Origin: an uncultured virus (IMG/VR IMGVR_UViG_3300021959_000014)
Lineage: Duplodnaviria; Heunggongvirae; Uroviricota; Caudoviricetes
Direction: 5' to 3' (one strand)
IMG/VR virus record: IMGVR_UViG_3300021959_000014
DNA: 64,000 nt
The notes under the pieces: model-generated
What the model saw: the letters and a program-made list of their open reading frames with translations, nothing else
The model's database searches: none
Told to the model about the DNA's origin: nothing
Shown: positions 1-9,438 of the stretch, piece by piece
Position numbering within the stretch: the first letter of the stretch is position 1
Layout of the letters: every line of letters begins with the position of its first letter
Program-made: the position numbers and the translations under genes

Positions 1-350
1 GGATGGTCGTCAGATCCTTTAGGACCAGTTCCGTAATAGGAGTTAATTCTTATACCTTCTAAATCATCTCCTTTATCCATATGGGCTTTTACTACTTTAC
101 CGACTGTTGTGATAACATCACTTTTCCAAGAACCTTCCGGTTTAATTGTTTGTGTATCTTTGCTGGTCTTAAAGATGGTTGTATTAGTAGGTATACTTAT
201 AGATTTTATAGTACTAGGCATTCTATCTATTGCTTTTTTAAAATCTTCTAAAGTATCAGCTGTGCCTAGCCAGTTAACAGAGTATTTTTTTCCGTTTATA
301 GTTGAAGCGTCTTCTCTAAAGCCTTCGAATATGATATTAGTTAATTTCAT
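1..350 (-). CDS. Hypothetical protein, 3' end outside window (MKLTNIIFEG...)
   Basis: Open frame from ATG at 350 to window edge, translated by hand; ATGA overlap with upstream ORF; absent from ORF track. Confidence 0.8.
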   Translation of the reverse strand, partial: MKLTNIIFEGFREDASTINGKKYSVNWLGTADTLEDFKKAIDRMPSTIKSISIPTNTTIFKTSKDTQTIKPEGSWKSDVITTVGKVVKAHMDKGDDLEGIRINSYYGTGPKGSDDH

Positions 351-622
351 TTGCGTTCTATTTTAAGGGTTAAGTCTCCTGTGCCTTTTATTAGCCGGTG
401 GTACACTTCCTTTGGTATAAATAGCTTGTTATCATCTAAAGAAACGGGAAGGTTATTATCAAATTGAAATTGCCAGTCTGTTTTATGCATTGCTACAACA
501 TACCGATCCTCTCGGTCTTTGTGCCAAACAAATTCATCTTCATCTGTGTTTTGATTGAAGAATCTAATATCACCGTCATCTAAGTACGGTCTACCAATAT
601 CCTGAGAAGTTTCTTTTTCCAC
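347..622 (-). CDS. Small phage protein, possible cupin-like fold
   Basis: WHKDREDR...IPKEVYHRLIKG His motifs. Confidence 0.55.
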   Translation of the reverse strand: MEKETSQDIGRPYLDDGDIRFFNQNTDEDEFVWHKDREDRYVVAMHKTDWQFQFDNNLPVSLDDNKLFIPKEVYHRLIKGTGDLTLKIERK

Positions 623-1760
623 CTAATGATTTCCAATAACGTCCAATATTACAAGCCCAGTATCCTGGTTTTGTTTTGTCTTTTTTAGTTGCACATTTAT
701 GACGTGCAGCAAATGATGATCTTGCTCCAGGTTCATCTATCTTAACATTTAAACCTGTTGTACCTCCGAAAGATACTTTTACAACATTCCCTTTTTTATT
801 CTTTGTGTATACGTAGAATTTTTTAGAACCTCCACGTTTTGGTTTATTTAGAGGTACATCTTTACCTTTGTATTCTGCTTCATCTAATTGACCTTTTATA
901 GGTAGTTTTCTTTTAGCTATGGCCAGCAAAGCGCTTCTTAACTGTCTTTTCATATTACCTGCTTCCCATTCCCAGTATCCTATGTCTCCTTCTTTCCAAA
1001 AAATCATGTAGTCCTGATCTCTACCTTGTCCAGCTATTTTAATTTTAAATTCACTGTTTCTTAGTTTATGGAAAGGGAATTTTGATTTACGGTGATCGTC
1101 TTTAGTTACAATATACTCAGGTATAGATTTAGCTTCTTTAACTGGTTCTTTTAGGTTTTTAAACCATTTCATTAACTCATCATAAGACATATCGTATGCT
1201 GGGTGATTATCGGTGTCATCAAAGGCTTTTAATTCTGTAGGTTTTGCCTTTAGTAAGGATCGTATAGCTTTGTACCTATTATTAGTTGCATTTATAGTTT
1301 TAGTTGCATTAAATAAATTGTCTTTAGGCAACTTCCATTTTACATCCCAATCTTTTTGAGAAAATGATTCATCTAATGATTTTTCTAAATCTTTTATTTT
1401 TTGGGTTAAAAAAGGCACATTCCCTCCATCATTTGGGTCGGCTATTCTCGCTTTTAATCTATCAATTGTTTGTTGAATAGTTTCTTCCTTATCATATTTA
1501 GATTCTTCTAACATAGGTAAATCTAATGGTACTTTTATTCCTTCATATACTCCATATAGCCCTATATCTGTTGTTTCTATTAACTTTAAATCTTCTTCGT
1601 TAAGTTGAATTTTACCGTCTCTATAAGCGTCTCTTGCTTCAGCAAATAATTGTATAAAGCTATCGCTAGAATAACGGTAGACATTCTCATATAAAGAGAG
1701 ACTGTTATCTATATGGTACTTAAGTGATGGTTTTCCTATTATTTCAGTTAATCTAATCAT
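591..1760 (-). CDS. Multi-domain hypothetical protein, probable virion/internal head protein
   Basis: MIRLTEII leader; segments separated by LEE/LDE; basic C-terminal domain KKFYVY..VSFG..SFAARHKC..YWAC. Confidence 0.55.
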   Translation of the reverse strand: MIRLTEIIGKPSLKYHIDNSLSLYENVYRYSSDSFIQLFAEARDAYRDGKIQLNEEDLKLIETTDIGLYGVYEGIKVPLDLPMLEESKYDKEETIQQTIDRLKARIADPNDGGNVPFLTQKIKDLEKSLDESFSQKDWDVKWKLPKDNLFNATKTINATNNRYKAIRSLLKAKPTELKAFDDTDNHPAYDMSYDELMKWFKNLKEPVKEAKSIPEYIVTKDDHRKSKFPFHKLRNSEFKIKIAGQGRDQDYMIFWKEGDIGYWEWEAGNMKRQLRSALLAIAKRKLPIKGQLDEAEYKGKDVPLNKPKRGGSKKFYVYTKNKKGNVVKVSFGGTTGLNVKIDEPGARSSFAARHKCATKKDKTKPGYWACNIGRYWKSLGGKRNFSGYW

Positions 1761-1766
1761 ATTATA

Positions 1767-2183
1767 TTACTTTTTATTTCTTTCTTGCCACTCTTGTGAT
1801 ATTGAATCTTTTTCAATTGGACCTCCTTTAGCCCAAGTTCTACAGCTTCTTGCGGAATGACATTTAAAATGATGCATCCAACAGTAACCTAGTCTTCCAT
1901 CCTCATCAGATGTAACTCCAGGCATACATTCATCCATCCTCTTGGAGATATCAAAAGCGACGCAGTTACTACAGTTAGTACCTTTTGCTGCTTTTTCTTC
2001 TGTATTCCAGTACTTTGCTATTTCTTTCCAGTAATTACCAGGTTCGTTTACATTTAACGGACCGTATTGAATATGGGGTGCTTTTATTGCTGAGTCTCTA
2101 TTTTTTGTGTTTAATATTAAATCTTGAGTTGCAGCAGGGCACGATTCATTACCCTCTTTAAGTAGAATATCTCTTAATTTCAT
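1767..2183 (-). CDS. Cys-rich protein, HiPIP-like metal/Fe-S binding candidate
   Basis: CSNCVAF...GYC...C...SCRTW pattern. Confidence 0.5.
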   Translation of the reverse strand: MKLRDILLKEGNESCPAATQDLILNTKNRDSAIKAPHIQYGPLNVNEPGNYWKEIAKYWNTEEKAAKGTNCSNCVAFDISKRMDECMPGVTSDEDGRLGYCWMHHFKCHSARSCRTWAKGGPIEKDSISQEWQERNKK

Positions 2184-2659
2184 AATGTAAAGTCTTTTCT
2201 GTAGAATTTTCCTAGGATATTATCATTAATATATGCATCCTGGTTCTCCAGTACTTCGTTTATAAATAGGTATTTACATTCATAGTATGTAAGTAACTTC
2301 TTATTGGGTACAAAACATAGTATACGTCTTTCAAAGTCCATTGGGGAACCTTCTTTAACGTACTTTAAAATATCTTTATGTGATCCGTAATAAGTCTTCC
2401 AATCTGATTCTGTTATTATTTTTTGTTTTAACGGTGTTCTTCCTCCAATTCCTTTTGCTTTTCTTTCTTCTCTTAAGGCCTCTAAAGCTCTCTTCCCTAG
2501 TCTTTTATTACGTTCAAAGAATAGAACTTTTTTACCTAAGTACTTTTTACCCGAAGGTTTATGAAATGTTTCGTAAATAAACCCATAAGAGCCTGTTGGC
2601 ATTTCGCTTATGTCAGTAATGAGTTTTGAATTGTATGTCCAGCCTGGGGTTGTTACCAT
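2180..2659 (-). CDS. GIY-YIG family nuclease-like protein
   Basis: GFIY...KKYLGKK...ESDWKTYYGS. Confidence 0.7.
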   Translation of the reverse strand: MVTTPGWTYNSKLITDISEMPTGSYGFIYETFHKPSGKKYLGKKVLFFERNKRLGKRALEALREERKAKGIGGRTPLKQKIITESDWKTYYGSHKDILKYVKEGSPMDFERRILCFVPNKKLLTYYECKYLFINEVLENQDAYINDNILGKFYRKDFTL

Positions 2660-2663
2660 TTGT

Positions 2664-2695
2664 TAAATATAAGAATAATTTTACAGAATTACAAC
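2664..2695 (-). promoter_or_regulatory. Early-type promoter GTTG-N20-TATATT(T/A)A
   Basis: Copy of the repeated motif with exact 20-nt spacer. Confidence 0.65.
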
Positions 2696-4416
2696 TATCC
2701 AGTATACATAATATATGCTAAAGCAAAGTAAGGAGGTATGTTACTATCGGTTGTAATACTGTGGTTATGACTTCCTGCACCACCGGTGTAGTATGATACT
2801 CCGTTTCTATAGTATACGTACTGATTATCATTATCGCTATCTCCACTTCCTTTATAAGGTCCTCCGGCTATCGGTCCGTCTACTCCTGATATTGCTTTAT
2901 GTTGACCTACTCCTGGGTCATTTATCTCAATATAGTATGAATCTTTATAATCATGTTTGTGAGAAGGTATTTGATTTGTTGTCAGTGTTGTATCTCCTGT
3001 GCTTCCTCCGTGATTATGAGTTATGCTTCCTCCTGTAGATTGAGCTCCGCTGCCTTGTACTGTTGTGGTTGGTGTACCTGTTGTATTATTAGACCCTATA
3101 ACAAACTTATTCCTTAAATCCGGTGTTGTTATTGAGTTTTGAGTTTGTCCATTACATAAAGCCCATCCTGAAGGAAGTGTCTGAACTACTCCAGACCACA
3201 TTATAATTCCTCCTTGAGGTATTGGTGCTGCATTTACTTGTTTAGTTACTGCACCGTTTGACTCTCTAACTAAGTAATTATAGTTAGTAGCACTAGTAGC
3301 ATTTGCGACACTGTTTAAAGTAAGTGTATCATCCAGTGTAGTACTTTGACTCACATATAAAGATCCAGATATTTCTGTATCGTCTTCTATTGTTGCGGTT
3401 CCTGTTACATCTATAAAAGATCCTGATATTCCTCCTGCAACTGTTAGTTTATACGTACCGCCTCCTACTGCATCTGTTCCTATCCCTACCTGTCCATTAC
3501 CTTTAAACATTGCTACTAACTTGTTGTAAGTTACATCGAAGTTAGATGATGTAGGTGGTCCTGATAGTATTGAGAATGTTTGTGATGTAGTAGCAGTACC
3601 GAATGATTTAAGTCCCACTATTACGTGTCCTTTATCTGGTCCGTCTAGCATAAACCCTCTTTGGTTACCTACGTTATTCATTGCGCTAGTAAAAGGAACT
3701 GTAGTATTGTTTGAATCAACATATGCAACTCTAAACTTTGCATTTATATTATTATTGTTACCATCCACAACCAATGAACCGGAAAGGTTATTATCACCGT
3801 GAGATGAATTAGCGTTTCTTGTACTAATTGATCCATCTCCGTTTATACTTAAAGCAGGGGTTGTTTTGTATCTGTTTACTATAAAATGTATACCTGCAGA
3901 TTGAGGTGTTGCTGTTGGTGTTGAATGATGGTTAGTAATATTAAAACTACCGTCTCCTGTTTCATTTAACTTAAAACTGCTGCTGTAGTTTGTACCTCCA
4001 TCATCAAACTGTATTGTTAATTCTGGTTCGGATGCTGCGGAAGTTCTTTGAATTTTAATTCCTCCGTCTCTTATTGATAGTCTATTATCTGATTCTGGTT
4101 GAGCATTTGCACCTAGTAGAATTGTATTCGTACCTGCATTCCATCTAAAATCGTCATCTCCACCAAATGATCCACCGTTATTATACTGTACTGTGCTTGA
4201 GTTACCTCCTACTGGTGGGGTTGACCCAGTGTATGGATTCAATGGTATTTGTATCTGTGTTGCTGAAACCCCTAAACCACTACTTCCTGTGTAATGAAGG
4301 TTTAAATACTCTTGGTTACTACTCACTGATGCAGAATAAAAAAATGAGATAAAGTTATTATCTACCTCCGAGTATGTTAGTGCTGTTGTTTTGTCTGCTC
4401 TTAATACTATAGCCAT
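2695..4416 (-). CDS. Tail fibre protein with C-terminal tail-collar domain
   Basis: PIPQGGIIMWSG..PSGWALCNG..TPDLRNKFVIG..PPYFALAYIM. Confidence 0.85.
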   Translation of the reverse strand: MAIVLRADKTTALTYSEVDNNFISFFYSASVSSNQEYLNLHYTGSSGLGVSATQIQIPLNPYTGSTPPVGGNSSTVQYNNGGSFGGDDDFRWNAGTNTILLGANAQPESDNRLSIRDGGIKIQRTSAASEPELTIQFDDGGTNYSSSFKLNETGDGSFNITNHHSTPTATPQSAGIHFIVNRYKTTPALSINGDGSISTRNANSSHGDNNLSGSLVVDGNNNNINAKFRVAYVDSNNTTVPFTSAMNNVGNQRGFMLDGPDKGHVIVGLKSFGTATTSQTFSILSGPPTSSNFDVTYNKLVAMFKGNGQVGIGTDAVGGGTYKLTVAGGISGSFIDVTGTATIEDDTEISGSLYVSQSTTLDDTLTLNSVANATSATNYNYLVRESNGAVTKQVNAAPIPQGGIIMWSGVVQTLPSGWALCNGQTQNSITTPDLRNKFVIGSNNTTGTPTTTVQGSGAQSTGGSITHNHGGSTGDTTLTTNQIPSHKHDYKDSYYIEINDPGVGQHKAISGVDGPIAGGPYKGSGDSDNDNQYVYYRNGVSYYTGGAGSHNHSITTDSNIPPYFALAYIMYTG

Positions 4417-4417
4417 G

Positions 4418-5476
4418 TTATATATCTAGTTTTACTACTACCGTCATTTCTGTATTCTCAGAAACCGGTACAGGTTTGGCCATTTTAGCAATGGCGATTA
4501 ATTCATTTGTCTCATTATATAGCCCTACTGATGTAAAATATGGTTGAAATTCACTTCCTGAAACATTATCTGCTATTGACCCGGATGTGTCTTTTTTTGC
4601 AGATGGATGTTGTGAAAAGTTAAATTCATTCTCTTTTATATTACAGTGGTAGTTATGTGTATAAATAGGGTGCGATGCCCTCCATGTTATACTTCCAGAG
4701 AAGTAAGTAGAGTAATAGTCTGCTATAGTCGGGTTAGTTAATATAATTAATCCGTGAGAATATATTACATTTCCTACTACTCTTCTATAGTCTCCTGCTG
4801 ATCCGCTTAATAATATGTTTCCATTCCCGTCATCAATTAATTCTACACCCCAAGGTATGTTGTATGTTGATCCGGAAGATGTTAAATCAGTATCTGTACT
4901 ATTTAGATACGTACCTTTATACTTTGTAGGATCTAGTGCAGCGTTTGAACTGTCACCTCCTTGGTAGGTTTCATCATTATCTTCAAAATAACCTTGGGCG
5001 TCACTACTCTGTGTTGATCCGGTAGCGTAATTATCCGTAGCATAATCGGGTATGTTTCCAGGTTGTAGTAGTATACTGCTGGGTTGTATATTAGTTCCTA
5101 TAAGGTTTCTCGGTATAGAGATAACGGTAAATTGTCCTTCGTCTCTCCTTTGTTGAGAAGTATAGCTACTTTGTAAGTAATTTTCTACAGAAGATCCTGA
5201 TATGTCGTAGCTACTGGTTGAAGGTTCTGCATTTTCAAATCCAGAGTAATATAGGTGTTTAATACTTCTATAAACTAAATCTTCGTAATGTTCATAGTCG
5301 GTACCTACTAACCTCTTATTACTTCCTGTAATATTAAAAGCTGTTGATCCTGATATACCTACATATGTTTCAACTCCAAGTTCGTCGTGTTGTGAACCAG
5401 ATGCTAAAAATAGTTTATGCGCTGTATAGGATGTTATAAATGAATCCTGTTTGTTTAATTTCTTGTAGCCGCTCAT
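4418..5476 (-). CDS. Baseplate/tail structural protein, paralogue of next gene
   Basis: C-terminal YFTSVGLYNETNELIAIAKMAKP; baseplate context. Confidence 0.65.
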   Translation of the reverse strand: MSGYKKLNKQDSFITSYTAHKLFLASGSQHDELGVETYVGISGSTAFNITGSNKRLVGTDYEHYEDLVYRSIKHLYYSGFENAEPSTSSYDISGSSVENYLQSSYTSQQRRDEGQFTVISIPRNLIGTNIQPSSILLQPGNIPDYATDNYATGSTQSSDAQGYFEDNDETYQGGDSSNAALDPTKYKGTYLNSTDTDLTSSGSTYNIPWGVELIDDGNGNILLSGSAGDYRRVVGNVIYSHGLIILTNPTIADYYSTYFSGSITWRASHPIYTHNYHCNIKENEFNFSQHPSAKKDTSGSIADNVSGSEFQPYFTSVGLYNETNELIAIAKMAKPVPVSENTEMTVVVKLDI

Positions 5477-5479
5477 TCA

Positions 5480-6481
5480 TTAATAATCAAGTTTAATTCT
5501 AACCAATGCTTCTTTTGTAAAGTCTTTTAATAAAGGTTTAGAAAGTTTTGCTACTCCTAAACAATCATTTGTATCGTTGTATAACCCTACTGTTGTAATA
5601 TATGACTGAGGATTGTTTATCATAGAGTTATGTCTAAGTTCTCCTGAGCCGGATATATTAGAAGGGTTATTTGAATAGTTAAATTCACTGTTTCTAACTC
5701 TAACGAAAATGTAATTTGAAGAAACCGTTTCTTCCGCATTCATTTTAAAAGAACCACCAGCTCTAATTGCTTCAAAAAGTATACCGTTATTTGCTCCATT
5801 GTTATCATTTGATCCTGTTAGAACTGCTAATGGAACTATTTCAGACTCAAGCACTTGTGCATTTAGTATTATTAATCCAACATCTGGTAAAAACTTACCG
5901 TAAGATCCTGCTGTTGGGATACCTGTTCCTCCATCGTGACTCACACCGTTAGATCCTGATATGATTTCGTATTCTCTTCCTGCATCAGTATATGTTACTG
6001 TGGATATCATTCCGCTATTGTCTGTTAACACTCTAGTAGAAGATCCAGAAATTAAAGTAAGGTTAAATGTACCCGGTAGTAACTTTTCTTTGTATCTAGC
6101 TCTATCTAACGATATAGCGTATATACCTTTTTGTGAAACTTTTCCGTCAAATTTAAAGTCTAATTCTTCATCTCCTAGTACTAATGAGCGATATTGTCCG
6201 TAGACTGTTGCTGAAGGAGATTTTCCTGATACGTTTGAATTAAATAGTGATGCTCCTGCTCCATCTTTATGTCCATAAGCTATTGAGTACTGTACTTCTG
6301 CATTATTAAGGTCGGAGCCAGTTTGGTATACGTTTAAGTAGTAGTCCCCACTTGTAGAGGAGTCTTGGGTGGATGAAGTAAATGCTGCTGTTAGGTTGTA
6401 GGTTCCTGTTGACCATAACACTGATGAGATAGAATCTGCACTTACTACTATATCCTCGTTATCAAATTTTTTAAATGACAT
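5480..6481 (-). CDS. Baseplate/tail structural protein
   Basis: C-terminal YITTVGLYNDTNDCLGVAKLSKP matches the adjacent paralogue. Confidence 0.65.
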   Translation of the reverse strand: MSFKKFDNEDIVVSADSISSVLWSTGTYNLTAAFTSSTQDSSTSGDYYLNVYQTGSDLNNAEVQYSIAYGHKDGAGASLFNSNVSGKSPSATVYGQYRSLVLGDEELDFKFDGKVSQKGIYAISLDRARYKEKLLPGTFNLTLISGSSTRVLTDNSGMISTVTYTDAGREYEIISGSNGVSHDGGTGIPTAGSYGKFLPDVGLIILNAQVLESEIVPLAVLTGSNDNNGANNGILFEAIRAGGSFKMNAEETVSSNYIFVRVRNSEFNYSNNPSNISGSGELRHNSMINNPQSYITTVGLYNDTNDCLGVAKLSKPLLKDFTKEALVRIKLDY

Positions 6482-6487
6482 ATCTTA

Positions 6488-7147
6488 TTAGTTTGTTTTA
6501 GTAATTGTTATTGGAATAGTAATTCTAGCTCCACTGTCTCTTCCTATAATTGAAATAGTACTTGAAAGAGATGAATTGGATGTACCGAATAATGTGTTTA
6601 TAGTTGTACCAGTTAAGTTAATCGATGTACCTACTACTGTTTTAGATACGTTAGTACCTAAAGTAGTACTCGCATTTAATCTATCTGCTTCTGCACTATT
6701 AATACCTACTCCTGTAAAGTTTGATAGAAGTCTAACATCTGCAATAGTAACAGTATAACCGCTAGATTCGAATGCTTGTGATGCTCCAAGATAGTTAAGT
6801 GTTTGTGGAGTAATGGTTAATGCTGCTCCTTGTTTTAATGTTATAGAGGCAAAACCTGCTTCTAATATCGGCAGTTTAGCAGTTCCTCTAGGTAGAGTGG
6901 CAAGTTTATATTTCATTACTTGAGTTTCATCTGCAAATGCTTCTAGTAGAGGCATATTTTCTACTGCTTCACCGTAGAATGCTGAGCCGGATGGATGAGA
7001 GGGATTATAAAGTGTGTAATCTATTTCATCATCAGCTAAAGCAAATTGTGTAATTTTAAAAGAGCCATCTCCTCTAGCTAGTAACTCTCTTCCTTTTTTT
7101 GTAAGTATTGCATCGACTGTTACGACACCGTTGTTTAAATATCCCAT
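6488..7147 (-). CDS. Baseplate/tail-fibre attachment protein
   Basis: DAILTKKGRELLA..FKITQFALADDEIDY; context. Confidence 0.6.
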   Translation of the reverse strand: MGYLNNGVVTVDAILTKKGRELLARGDGSFKITQFALADDEIDYTLYNPSHPSGSAFYGEAVENMPLLEAFADETQVMKYKLATLPRGTAKLPILEAGFASITLKQGAALTITPQTLNYLGASQAFESSGYTVTIADVRLLSNFTGVGINSAEADRLNASTTLGTNVSKTVVGTSINLTGTTINTLFGTSNSSLSSTISIIGRDSGARITIPITITKTN

Positions 7148-7164
7148 TTGTTAATGTTGTTTAT

Positions 7165-7172
7165 TATAAATA
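7165..7172 (-). promoter_or_regulatory. Putative late promoter TATTTATA
   Basis: Octamer recurring just upstream of start codons. Confidence 0.55.
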
Positions 7173-7206
7173 TATTAATTTAATCTTTTCTACCTAGTCT
7201 TAATGT

Positions 7207-9018
7207 TTAAAGTGTACCGTCTTGTGATCCTGATATGTATGTGTTAAATATAAACCCTTGGTTGTTAGTTTCTACTATAACCATATCATCAGGAGCATCT
7301 TTTACTTTATCTGGGTTTAGTACAAATATTGCATTAGAAAAAGGTATAACTCTATTCCCTTCTATGTCTATTAACCTATCTCCTGATGCTAGTGAAATTA
7401 TGTGGTTACCGTTTGCTACTTTTCCTGCGGTGTTATTTGCGTTTCCATCTGGTCCTCTACCTCTTAGCACCTGTACTGTTAATACTTCCCTTATTACTGT
7501 TCCGCCGGCATCGTACTTTGTAGCTACGGATACAATTTGCATATACTCTTTTATATCTGCTCCGGCTGAACTTTCGGAAACAAACGAAAGTAGATCTCCT
7601 GGTAGTATTTTTTGACCGTACCCTTCTTTCCATATATCAAAATGGTTTGTTGTAGACGATTCTATTTCATAAGCGTTTCCACCAGTATAAAACTCACCTA
7701 CGTTTCCAACTCTTGTTGCTGGTTTATCTCTAAGGCCTGTAAATGATATCTCTTCAATTGCATTTTCATACTCTTTTCTTAATCCGTCTGAACCTGATAT
7801 CCCGTTTAATAACATGTTTATATTAAACCATGATCTACCGTAAGATGGTGTGTTATCAAAGGAACTAGATATGGAACCTTCAGTTAACCTTAATACTTTA
7901 ATAGTTTGGGCGTTTATAGCAGAATCTATTCCACTGAATTCTTCTTTGGAAGTTTTAGATCCTCTGTACCTTGCATTAGATATACCTGTTGATGTATAGT
8001 TAGAATCTTGAACTTCAGCGTGTTCTGCGTAAGGTGTAAACTCTGGTGTTGCATATCTTACTTCGGTGTAGTTTGTTGTTCTGTCTAACGATGTTAACGT
8101 TCCTATAATTTTTTTAGGTGGTGTTAGACCAGGGTAACTAAGTCCTGGATTGTTTATTACTTTTATTCTGGTATGTACAAAATCACCGTAGCTACCAGAT
8201 GGGATTACTTGTCTATAAGGAAAAACAGTCTTTAAATATCTACCGTCAATATACTCTACTTGTGCTAATGTATGTGCTACACCAACACCAGTAAAGTCAC
8301 TTTCTGGGTTAATTTCAAGTTTAACTGCAAAAAGGTGGTTGTACTTATCCGTGGGGTCTTCTAATATTACTGCACCGTTTACGTTTCCTAGTGCGTTTAC
8401 AATTGAGTCCCTAGTTACAGAGACTTCTATGTCTATATCGTTTCTAAATGGAGCTGGTGCTGTAACGACAGTACCTGCGCCTCCACTTGTGCTAAATACT
8501 GTGTTATTAAGAAATGTGTTATGATCCTCGTCATTAAATCCGATCCTGTTAACTTCTATTCCGACTGCAGCGTTAAAGTTAGAAGGGTGTACAGTGCCTG
8601 CAGATCTATTTAACTTATACCTTTTAGTACCTGTTCGAATCTCTTCTGAATTACTTATTAATACGTTGTAATCATTGTTATAGAAGTTTTCTGACATAAA
8701 TGGGTCAAATGTAACAGATGATGATAAGCTTGAAGATATATCAGCAAACGTAAGATCTACGTTATCAATGAAGAAGTAATTGCCTTTTTTTGTTGCTGAT
8801 ATCTTTTTAAATGAGCTGAAATCTCCTGAGCTTGTTATTCTCATTTTTAAACTCTGTAGGTTTTGTAGTGTAGGCACTACGTCAATCCCTCCAATAGCAT
8901 TTTCATGTACCGTAAGAGCTCGTACTATATGGTCTCCAGACAATGAATCTACATTATAGAATGCTCTAATTTCTCCATTATTTGGGTTTGTGTTTGCAAA
9001 TTGTGTTATGTTAGCCAT
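7207..9018 (-). CDS. Virion structural protein
   Basis: 603-aa S/T/G/N-rich ORF inside the baseplate block. Confidence 0.55.
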   Translation of the reverse strand: MANITQFANTNPNNGEIRAFYNVDSLSGDHIVRALTVHENAIGGIDVVPTLQNLQSLKMRITSSGDFSSFKKISATKKGNYFFIDNVDLTFADISSSLSSSVTFDPFMSENFYNNDYNVLISNSEEIRTGTKRYKLNRSAGTVHPSNFNAAVGIEVNRIGFNDEDHNTFLNNTVFSTSGGAGTVVTAPAPFRNDIDIEVSVTRDSIVNALGNVNGAVILEDPTDKYNHLFAVKLEINPESDFTGVGVAHTLAQVEYIDGRYLKTVFPYRQVIPSGSYGDFVHTRIKVINNPGLSYPGLTPPKKIIGTLTSLDRTTNYTEVRYATPEFTPYAEHAEVQDSNYTSTGISNARYRGSKTSKEEFSGIDSAINAQTIKVLRLTEGSISSSFDNTPSYGRSWFNINMLLNGISGSDGLRKEYENAIEEISFTGLRDKPATRVGNVGEFYTGGNAYEIESSTTNHFDIWKEGYGQKILPGDLLSFVSESSAGADIKEYMQIVSVATKYDAGGTVIREVLTVQVLRGRGPDGNANNTAGKVANGNHIISLASGDRLIDIEGNRVIPFSNAIFVLNPDKVKDAPDDMVIVETNNQGFIFNTYISGSQDGTL

Positions 9019-9042
9019 ATTACTATTCTATATTATTTATCT

Positions 9043-9438
9043 TTACTTTGTATTATGAGATAGTATACCGTTACTTATATATGTACGACATTTTTCTACT
9101 GTTAGGCTTACTACCTTTTGTTTCGCCCCTTCTTTTATACTTCTTATTATCTTTCCTGATGCTTTTTGTTCTACTTTTATATCCCTTAAGGCAATAAATT
9201 TATTTTCTTCTTCTATATATACCCTATGTCCTGGAGTGGCTATAAGTACTGTCCCATCTTCAAATTCAATTTCTAATGTTTCTTTTTCTGCTGATGAGAT
9301 TTCCTTACGTATAATTATATCTTCAAACCATTCTAATGTATCTTCATGTTGAGTTCTAATAATATCTCCGACCTGTAATTCTTCAGCTAGTTTTTGTTTA
9401 CCGGTTTTCATTAGAATATTGGTGTCCATACTAACACA
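9043..9438 (-). other. Hint (intein-like) autoprocessing domain
   Basis: Starts CVSMDT, has block B TPGH, ends NGILSHN-TK-stop. Confidence 0.85.
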
